A stretch of DNA of 32,000 nt. Source: Bellilinea caldifistulae (GTDB lineage: Bacteria > Chloroflexota > Anaerolineae > Anaerolineales > Anaerolineaceae). The translations under genes were made by a program, and so were the position numbers. Below are positions 15,941-22,340 of the stretch, piece after piece. Where the stretch lies: assembly GCF_001306055.1 (NCBI RefSeq), contig NZ_LGHJ01000029.1, forward strand, positions 30,001 to 62,000, in the 5' to 3' direction. A model generated the notes under the pieces. That model saw only the letters and a list, made by a program, of their open reading frames with translations, made no database searches and had not been told where the DNA came from. How positions within the stretch are numbered: the stretch's first letter is position 1; each line of letters begins with the position of its first letter.

Positions 15941-16681
15941 ATGGAAACAACTATTTGGATCGTCATCGGCCTTGGAATACTGTCCCTGATCAGTGGGATG
16001 CTCGGATTGGGGGTAGCGTTTGCTGCCTCGCCGTTTTTATCCTTTTTTATGACCGATTTCGTTCATCAAGTGCAACCCCTCACCCTCTTATTGAACGGTT
16101 TAACCGCCTTATTTGCAACTTTTGGGTTTGCAAGAAGTGGTTTCGTGGATTGGAAAAAAGCCATTACACTGGCTGTTGTGACCACCTTGTCCGCACCCAT
16201 CGGCTCTTTGTTGGCACAAATCATCCCACAGACCATCATTTTGGTGATTTATTTCGCCGCAGTAATATTTTTAGCCTATTCTCTCTTTCGGCCGGTTAAA
16301 AAAGAACAGCGAACTGGTGAAAATTTTAGACTCGCACTGATATTAGCCATTCCAATTTCGATTTTAGCAGGCTTTCTAGGGGTGGGTCCAGGTTTTTTAT
16401 TGATGCCCACTTTGATCATTGTAGGATTTGAGCCTAAAAAAGCAGCCGGTATCAATGCTTTTGCCGTAACCCCACCCTCTTTTTCTGCCTTGATTCCTCA
16501 TCTCGCGAACGCGAGTTGGGATTTGAATTTAACCCTCATTTTGCTGGTAGTTGGAACCGCGTTTGCCTTCACAGGCGCACGCATCACCAGCCGTTTTGTG
16601 CCTCCGGCGCGACTCAAACAAATATTTGGCATCGTCATCGTAATTATGACAGCCTATAAATTATTTACTCTGCTGGCTTGA
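15941..16681 (+). CDS. TSUP (TauE/SafE) family anion permease, paralogue 2
   Basis: 246 aa, alignable by eye to paralogue 1 (LFAT..F.RSG.V..K...). AAGGAGGAAAAC precedes the ATG, and the gap after paralogue 1 is 10 nt. Confidence 0.85.
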   Translation: METTIWIVIGLGILSLISGMLGLGVAFAASPFLSFFMTDFVHQVQPLTLLLNGLTALFATFGFARSGFVDWKKAITLAVVTTLSAPIGSLLAQIIPQTIILVIYFAAVIFLAYSLFRPVKKEQRTGENFRLALILAIPISILAGFLGVGPGFLLMPTLIIVGFEPKKAAGINAFAVTPPSFSALIPHLANASWDLNLTLILLVVGTAFAFTGARITSRFVPPARLKQIFGIVIVIMTAYKLFTLLA

Positions 16682-16692
16682 AGCCATCGCCT

Positions 16693-16938
16693 TCAAAGGG
16701 ATCGCTGATTTCGATAGGTCAGCAGCGTAGAAAGCAAAATCACAAAAAAGTACACACTTACCAACAGGGCAGCAATCGCAATCCCTTTGGCATGCAAGTT
16801 CATCAGAATCAGGGAAACTACAACTCCAACCAGCGGGACCGCTACACAGGTTGCAGTCAGTACTTTCCTCTGAACCCGGCGCAGCAGCCAGCAAGCTACA
16901 CAGCCAATTGCCCACAAAGCAACAATTACGTAAAACAT
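16693..16938 (-). CDS. Hypothetical 81-aa membrane protein (about 3 TM)
   Basis: ATG 16938 lies 5 nt after GGAGG, with a good promoter upstream. The protein is hydrophobic: MFYVIVALWAIGCVACWLLRR...PLVGVVVSLILMNL...IAIAALLVSVYFFVILLSTLL. Confidence 0.5.
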   Translation of the reverse strand: MFYVIVALWAIGCVACWLLRRVQRKVLTATCVAVPLVGVVVSLILMNLHAKGIAIAALLVSVYFFVILLSTLLTYRNQRSL

Positions 16939-16967
16939 GGCGACCTCCGCCGGCACTGGTTTGATAG

Positions 16968-16995
16968 ATTATCTTTGTGAAATCTTAATTGTCAA
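16968..16995 (-). promoter_or_regulatory. Sigma-70-type promoter for the 81-aa membrane protein gene
   Basis: On the minus strand: TTGACA (16995-16990), 16-nt spacer, GATAAT (16973-16968). Confidence 0.5.
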
Positions 16996-17092
16996 TTATT
17001 ATTGAAATCCAGTACCATATTTATTATACAAAAGTTATGCGATCATGGATAGTATCCAAATTCACAAATCTTCATGATGACTACACCTAGTT

Positions 17093-17134
17093 AAGATAAA
17101 ATTGGGTGCCTCAAATAGTTTGAGACACCCAATT
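17093..17134 (-). terminator. Intrinsic terminator after the CBS/ACT gene
   Basis: 16-bp stem with one mismatch, AATTGGGTGCCTCAAA / TTTGAGACACCCAATT, 3-nt loop. On the minus strand it is followed by TTATCTT. It lies 27 nt past the stop codon. Confidence 0.6.
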
Positions 17135-17160
17135 ATGCTGTTTGACTTTATCCAAAACCC

Positions 17161-17814
17161 TTAAGCCAAGCCGGTCTCGCGGATATCTACGATCCTTTCA
17201 ACGATTGGAGAAACCGCTTTCTTCAGATCCTCCAATTTAACCCCATTGACCTTGATGGTTACAATTTGAGTTTCAACTCTTTCGCCAAGCATGGTACCTA
17301 AACCGACCACATTGCCGCCCAAATTATAAATCACACCAGAAAGCTGATGGAGCTTGCCGGGTTGATCCAACAATTCCACCGTCAACCGTACTCCAGATTT
17401 TCTTGCCCCAAGCATTTCTAAAAGGATATTGAACAGGTCTGTTTCGGTGATGATACCTACCAGACTCTCGCCACGCATGACCGGGAGCCCGCCAATCTTG
17501 TTGTCCGCCATGATTCGAGCAGCCTCTTCAATCGGGCAGTCTTCCTGCGTCACAATCACATTTTTGGTCATCACCCGTTCAACAGTGATCTTACTCAGCA
17601 AATAATTGATTTCCCAGACACTCAGAGTGGTTGCCTCGGAAGGTTGAGCATTCATCAAATCGGTGTTGGTAACAATTCCAATCAATTTTCCGCGTTTATC
17701 AACAACCGGGTAACGGCGGACTTTGTCTTTGCGCATCCTTGCCAGGGCGTCCTGAACCGGCACATCTGGCTCAATCGTCAATACAGGGGTTGACATTCGC
17801 TCACCGACTAACAT
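17161..17814 (-). CDS. CBS-pair protein with C-terminal ACT-like domain (AcuB-like)
   Basis: Two CBS motifs (MSTPVLTIEPDVPVQDAL..., RYPVVDKRGKLIGIVTNTDL; VMTKNVIVTQEDCPIEEAA..., GGLPVMRGESLVGIITETDL), then a beta-alpha-beta-like tail. Start set to ATG 17814 after AAGGAG; the track start 17838 is a TTG. Confidence 0.85.
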   Translation of the reverse strand: MLVGERMSTPVLTIEPDVPVQDALARMRKDKVRRYPVVDKRGKLIGIVTNTDLMNAQPSEATTLSVWEINYLLSKITVERVMTKNVIVTQEDCPIEEAARIMADNKIGGLPVMRGESLVGIITETDLFNILLEMLGARKSGVRLTVELLDQPGKLHQLSGVIYNLGGNVVGLGTMLGERVETQIVTIKVNGVKLEDLKKAVSPIVERIVDIRETGLA

Positions 17815-17847
17815 AGGGCTTTTCTCCTTAGTACTCAAAATTCAACA

Positions 17848-17893
17848 TCTTTATTCTATCAAATACTGAGCATTGTGCGGGTCTCTTTATTCT
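17848..17893. repeat. 10-bp perfect direct repeat TCTTTATTCT x2 in the permease-CBS spacer
   Basis: Copies at 17848-17857 and 17884-17893, 36 bp apart start to start. Confidence 0.7.
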
Positions 17894-17902
17894 CGTAATT
17901 TT

Positions 17903-19486
17903 TTAAGCATCTTCAGGTTCAAGCCGGAACGGATCAACATCCGGAATACCCGGCTTAACAAAATTTCGAATTGGTACATAGAGTAAGGCCCCAAGGGCAA
18001 TAAATGCCAATGCTAACCAGAGTGAATTAAGCCCCTCTTCAACCAGCTGACTGTAAATAGCCAGAAAAATCACCATTGAAGGACCCAGAGTTGCCAGGAA
18101 CAACCCGGCATATCCACCCGGTATTTTTTTGCGGGGCACTTCTGGTTTCGAAAACCGCAATTTCCATAACGCCAGAAACTGCACGAACAACACCATCATG
18201 TTTAAGAACACATCCACAACCACAAGAAAGGCAAATGGCTGCAACGAAAAGATTGAATAAATGACACCGCAAAGAAGGATGGAAACATACGGTGTACCGA
18301 ATTTTGGGTGAACTTTTGTTAGAAAAGTTGGCATCATCCCATCTTCAGCCATTGCAAATGGAACTCTTGTTCCACCCAAACCATTCCCAATAAATAAGCC
18401 AATCATGCTTAGGATTGCCGAAATCGTGACCAGTAACCCTAAAACACTGGCAAGCGGGCTGTTCTTCACACCGGTCATTTTATCTGCAATCGCGTGGGCA
18501 ATATCTGGGAACTCCCATCCCACTGAAGCCCGTGGATCAACCCCCCATTCAACCAGCGTATCTTCGCTAATGCCGTATTCCGCCATCAGTGCACCAATAC
18601 CAGCCCCGACTTCGGGTTCTTCCTGCCCCCATAAATGGTATTTTCCATCCTCACCAGCCCCACCAAACAATCCGGCTGTGACCGGTAATGAATATGTGGC
18701 AATAGCCGCAATCAAAACCAGCACCATTGCAATCGGATAAGTCCGTTTTGGATTAACAATTTCATCACCCGCCGCGGTAGGAAGTTCCCATCCCATAAAA
18801 TTCCACATGACCACAAATAACCCCACACTGAGGGCACCGGTAATGGTTTCTCCTTCGGGTAAAAGCGGGATCGAGAGCGTGGTTCCTCCCTTAATCCATT
18901 GGTAGATTCCCAGCCCGGACATCAGGATTAAAGGGATAATCATGATTACTCCGAGACCATTTGCGGTCATGCCGGCAAGTCTTGCTCCCCGAATATTCAA
19001 ACCGGTAATGATCCAGATCAAGACCAATGCGACCAGCCATGATAAAACCCACGCCGGTATTTCAATGCCATTGATTACCGTCCCGGTACGGAGGATTGGT
19101 ATAAAATAGCCCAGATAATAAGCCGCTAAAACAGGGTAAATGGCCACGTCCACCCATGAAACTACCCAATTCATCCACCCTGCCATAAAACCGGCAAAAG
19201 GGCCAAATGCTTGCTTCACCCAATGATAATACCCTCCCTCGACCGGCATCATTGAGGTCATTTCGCGTACCATCAACATGTTGGGAATACTGAAAATCAG
19301 GGGTGTCAAAACAATCAAAATCAAAGCCATACCGGGTCCAGATAAGCCAACCAACGGTTCTATCCCAAAGGCGCCTCCACAAACCGTAAAATAAATCAAA
19401 CCAAATAAAGGCAAGAGAGTTAATTCACGTTTTAGTTTGCGGGCTTCCTGTTGAATATTTTCTCCTTTGCTGTGAACAATCGCCAT
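17903..19486 (-). CDS. APC-superfamily amino acid/polyamine permease
   Basis: 527 aa with 12 or more TM segments and an N-terminal sequence typical of amino-acid permeases (LFGLIYFTVCGGAFGIEPLV). GGGAGG precedes the ATG. Confidence 0.85.
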   Translation of the reverse strand: MAIVHSKGENIQQEARKLKRELTLLPLFGLIYFTVCGGAFGIEPLVGLSGPGMALILIVLTPLIFSIPNMLMVREMTSMMPVEGGYYHWVKQAFGPFAGFMAGWMNWVVSWVDVAIYPVLAAYYLGYFIPILRTGTVINGIEIPAWVLSWLVALVLIWIITGLNIRGARLAGMTANGLGVIMIIPLILMSGLGIYQWIKGGTTLSIPLLPEGETITGALSVGLFVVMWNFMGWELPTAAGDEIVNPKRTYPIAMVLVLIAAIATYSLPVTAGLFGGAGEDGKYHLWGQEEPEVGAGIGALMAEYGISEDTLVEWGVDPRASVGWEFPDIAHAIADKMTGVKNSPLASVLGLLVTISAILSMIGLFIGNGLGGTRVPFAMAEDGMMPTFLTKVHPKFGTPYVSILLCGVIYSIFSLQPFAFLVVVDVFLNMMVLFVQFLALWKLRFSKPEVPRKKIPGGYAGLFLATLGPSMVIFLAIYSQLVEEGLNSLWLALAFIALGALLYVPIRNFVKPGIPDVDPFRLEPEDA

Positions 19487-19578
19487 TTCGACCTCCCGAA
19501 GAGTGAGTAAATAAGATAAATTCTATAAGAAATTATTTATGGCGGTTGTCTTTTTCCTGCATTTGAAAAATCACTTCT

Positions 19579-20400
19579 TCAGGCAGATTCCAGTTCAGCT
19601 CCGCATAATTTACAAAAACGGGCATCTTGATCGTGACCATGCTGATTGCAATTAGGGCAAACCCGATTCAAGCGTCGGCGGCGCTGTTTTTCTTTCCCTA
19701 ATTCAATGGTTACAATCCCCGATGGCACTGCTATCAGACCATAACCCAAAATCATCAAAAAAGCCGCCAGGGCTTGACCCAAGGGTGTTAAGGGAGTTAT
19801 ATCACCATAGCCAACGGTGGTAACGGTTACAATCGCCCAATAAACGCTCCGCGGAATACTGGTATAACCGGCTTGCGGCCCTTCAATGAGATACATTAAC
19901 GAACCCACAATTAACACAACGGTTAAAACGATTGTGAGGAATACCAGAATCCGCCTCCAGCTGGATTGAATTGCACTTCGTAAGACTTCTATTTCTTCAA
20001 CGTATTCCATCAGTTTCAAAATTCTGAAGATGCGCAGCACCCGCAGAACTCGAATCACAATCAAGAAACGGCTTTCAGGAAAAATAAGGCTGACATAGGT
20101 GGGCAATATTGCCATTAAATCAATCAACCCATAAAAACTGCGCGCATAATATCCGGCATTTGGTGAACTGTAAAGCCGAAGAATGTATTCGATCGTGAAC
20201 AAAATGGTGAATAACCATTCCAGAACATACAGGTGATAGCCAAAACGGGCCGAAATATCCGCCATGCTGTCGGCCATTACAGCAGCCACACTGGCTAAAA
20301 TCAGAAGGATCAGAATAACATCAAATGCCCGTCCCTCCCAGGTATCATGCTCAAATATGATTTGATACAACCTTTTTTGTAGCGAATTTCTCTTACTCAT
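19579..20400 (-). CDS. Voltage-gated-type 6TM potassium channel with C-terminal zinc ribbon
   Basis: S4-like RVLRVLRIFRILK, selectivity filter TVTTVGYGD, and C-terminal CPNC-N13-CKLC. Confidence 0.88.
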   Translation of the reverse strand: MSKRNSLQKRLYQIIFEHDTWEGRAFDVILILLILASVAAVMADSMADISARFGYHLYVLEWLFTILFTIEYILRLYSSPNAGYYARSFYGLIDLMAILPTYVSLIFPESRFLIVIRVLRVLRIFRILKLMEYVEEIEVLRSAIQSSWRRILVFLTIVLTVVLIVGSLMYLIEGPQAGYTSIPRSVYWAIVTVTTVGYGDITPLTPLGQALAAFLMILGYGLIAVPSGIVTIELGKEKQRRRRLNRVCPNCNQHGHDQDARFCKLCGAELESA

Positions 20401-20481
20401 TTTTCCCGGATCGCATTTCGGTTAATAATGGCTTATAATACCACTTCATTTGTCCTAGGATAAGTCTTTCAAGGTAATTGA

Positions 20482-21034
20482 ATGACCAACCAGAAGAATT
20501 TATATTTTTGTATTTCGATCCTCTGGTACTTAACCGCCCTCGTTCTTATCCTCAGTTCACTGGGCTGCAGCCAGAGCAGTACGGATTCCATTCAACCTAC
20601 CGGTTTGGTCGTCAAATTCGATTGTATTCCCCTACCGCAAGAACCTCAAAATGCAAAAGTCGTATCCATTATTGATGGCGACACGATTAAAATTGAAATT
20701 GACCGTCAAAAAGTAAATGTTCGTTACATCGGCATCAATTCGCCCGAATTGGATTCAAATGAAAGAGAGCTCGCCGAGGAAGCACTGCAATTCAACGCCG
20801 GTCTTGTGGAAAACCAAATTGTAACGCTTTTATCGGGACACTTCCGATACCGACCGCTTCGGCCGATTGCTGCGATATGTATTCATGGACGATGTGTTTG
20901 TAAATTACGAACTAATCCGAATGGGATATGCCCGACAGAGAGATTATCCACCGGACAGTGCTTGCAAAGACCTTTTCATCAAAGCCCAACAGGAAGCTAT
21001 CGCCATGCGACGTGGAATTTGGAAAACTCAATAG
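20482..21034 (+). pseudogene. Thermonuclease (SNase-like) secreted or lipoprotein nuclease, disrupted by a +1 frameshift
   Basis: Frame 1 gives a signal peptide ending LSSLGC plus IDGDTIKIE...VRYIGINSPE, then nonsense after ...IVTLL. The next frame, open from 20825, reads (Y)RDTSDTDRFGRLLRYVFMDDVFVNYELIRMGYARQRDYPP...AQQEAIAMRRGIWKTQ* (stop 21032-21034), which is the canonical SNase C-terminal half. The switch is at T4 20828-20831. Confidence 0.8.
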
Positions 21035-21046
21035 CAACTATTGGTC

Positions 21047-22111
21047 ATGACCGAGATTTTTAGATTAGACCCCTTCAACCCGGATCCAAATATCATCCAT
21101 AAAGCTGCGCAAATCATTCAAGCAGGAGGTTTAGTAGCATTCCCAACCGAAACCGTTTACGGTCTGGGGGCAAATGCATTCAATAGCCACGCCGTTCAGC
21201 GGATATTCCTCGCAAAAGGGCGGCCGGCTAATGATCCGTTGATTGTCCACATTCAAAACAAAGACTGGCTGGATAAAATAGTCAATAACCGCCCCCCAAA
21301 AACCGATTTATTGGTCAACCGGTTCTGGCCGGGTCCACTGACATTAATTTTTCCCCGAAAGTCGGAGATTCCTTTGAATGTCACCGCCGGTGGAAACAAT
21401 GTCGCAGTGAGAGCACCTTCTCACCCGGTGGCTCAAGCGCTCCTCGCCGCCAGTGGACTGCCCATCGCGGCCCCATCGGCCAATCGTTTCGGTCACACCA
21501 GCCCTACTCAGGCCAGCCACGTTTTGGATGACCTCAGCGGACGTATTGACCTGGTGTTGGATGGAGGGGAATGCCCCATCGGCCTGGAGTCCACGGTTCT
21601 CGACCTCACTCAAGACCCCCCGGTGATCCTGAGACCGGGAGGCGTTCCTCGCGAAGAAATTGAGCAATTAATTGGAAAAGTTCGCCTCGCCACAAAAGAC
21701 AAGAGTAAAGAAACCGAGGAAGCCCTACCTTCACCGGGCTTAATGGAGCGGCATTACTCGCCCCATTCCACCCTGATCCTCGTCGAAAACATAACCGGCA
21801 ATCGCGAAATTGCCATAAAAAAAATTCTTGATCATGTCTCTCAGGTTCAACAAATTACCCGAAAATCCATTGGTATTTTGACGGTCAGTGAAGAAACCCA
21901 CTATTACGAATCGGTACAAGATTTGGAGGTAATATCGCTGGGATCCTTGAATAACCTTCAAGAAATTGGGCGCAATTTGTTCGCTGGTATGCGTACCCTT
22001 GAGCAGGCAGGAGTTGAGATTATCCTCACCACCGACTTTGGAGAGCAAGGATTGGGTCTTGCCATCCGAGATCGCTTGCGAAGGGCTGCCAGCCAGATCA
22101 TACGCGTCTAG
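21047..22111 (+). CDS. tsaC: L-threonylcarbamoyladenylate synthase (Sua5/YrdC long form)
   Basis: FPTETVYGLGANA, KGRPANDPLIVHI, APSANRFGHTSPT, and a C-terminal Sua5 domain. ATG 21047 is preferred over the track's TTG at 21041; the SD is weak. Confidence 0.9.
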   Translation: MTEIFRLDPFNPDPNIIHKAAQIIQAGGLVAFPTETVYGLGANAFNSHAVQRIFLAKGRPANDPLIVHIQNKDWLDKIVNNRPPKTDLLVNRFWPGPLTLIFPRKSEIPLNVTAGGNNVAVRAPSHPVAQALLAASGLPIAAPSANRFGHTSPTQASHVLDDLSGRIDLVLDGGECPIGLESTVLDLTQDPPVILRPGGVPREEIEQLIGKVRLATKDKSKETEEALPSPGLMERHYSPHSTLILVENITGNREIAIKKILDHVSQVQQITRKSIGILTVSEETHYYESVQDLEVISLGSLNNLQEIGRNLFAGMRTLEQAGVEIILTTDFGEQGLGLAIRDRLRRAASQIIRV

Positions 22112-22132
22112 TTTTCCCCTTAAAACACAAAA

Positions 22133-22159
22133 CAAGGCCGGTTGTCCAGGCCGGTCTTG
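22133..22159 (+). terminator. Possible weak terminator after tsaC
   Basis: 9-bp stem CAAGGCCGG / CCGGTCTTG (one G-U pair), 9-nt loop. Only CTTTG follows, so the T tract is poor. Confidence 0.35.
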
Positions 22160-22187
22160 CTTTGCTGAAGGAGGAAAAATTTTTCTC

Positions 22188-22220
22188 TGGAGGATTACTT
22201 ACTCAAAGGATAATCCTCCA
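22188..22220. other. 10-bp perfect hairpin in the convergent intergenic region
   Basis: TGGAGGATTA(22188-22197) / TAATCCTCCA(22211-22220) with a 13-nt loop. The 12-bp palindrome GAAAAATTTTTC lies just upstream (22174-22185). Confidence 0.5.
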
Positions 22221-22278
22221 AACTCAATTCAGGATCGGCCATCATTCCAATATTGACCTCCCCGAAGGAATGGTTCTT

Positions 22279-22326
22279 AAAATAGACAATCGGCCAGTTA
22301 GAGTAACTGGCCGATTGTCTATTTTT
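22279..22326. terminator. Bidirectional terminator: 22-bp perfect hairpin
   Basis: AAAATAGACAATCGGCCAGTTA(22279-22300)-GAG-TAACTGGCCGATTGTCTATTTT(22304-22325). A/T flanks give U tracts on both strands. It lies 15 nt from the protease stop. Confidence 0.85.
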
Positions 22327-22340
22327 ACTGTGCTTATGGG

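Noticed and set aside
16661-16980. Alternative ORFs overlapping the small membrane-protein gene: 16678-16980 on the + strand (100 aa) and 16661-16915 on the - strand (84 aa).
   Set aside because: Neither has an SD or promoter. Their products are compositionally odd (Q/N/R-rich or Cys-rich). The 16693-16938 frame has GGAGG, a promoter and coherent TM segments.
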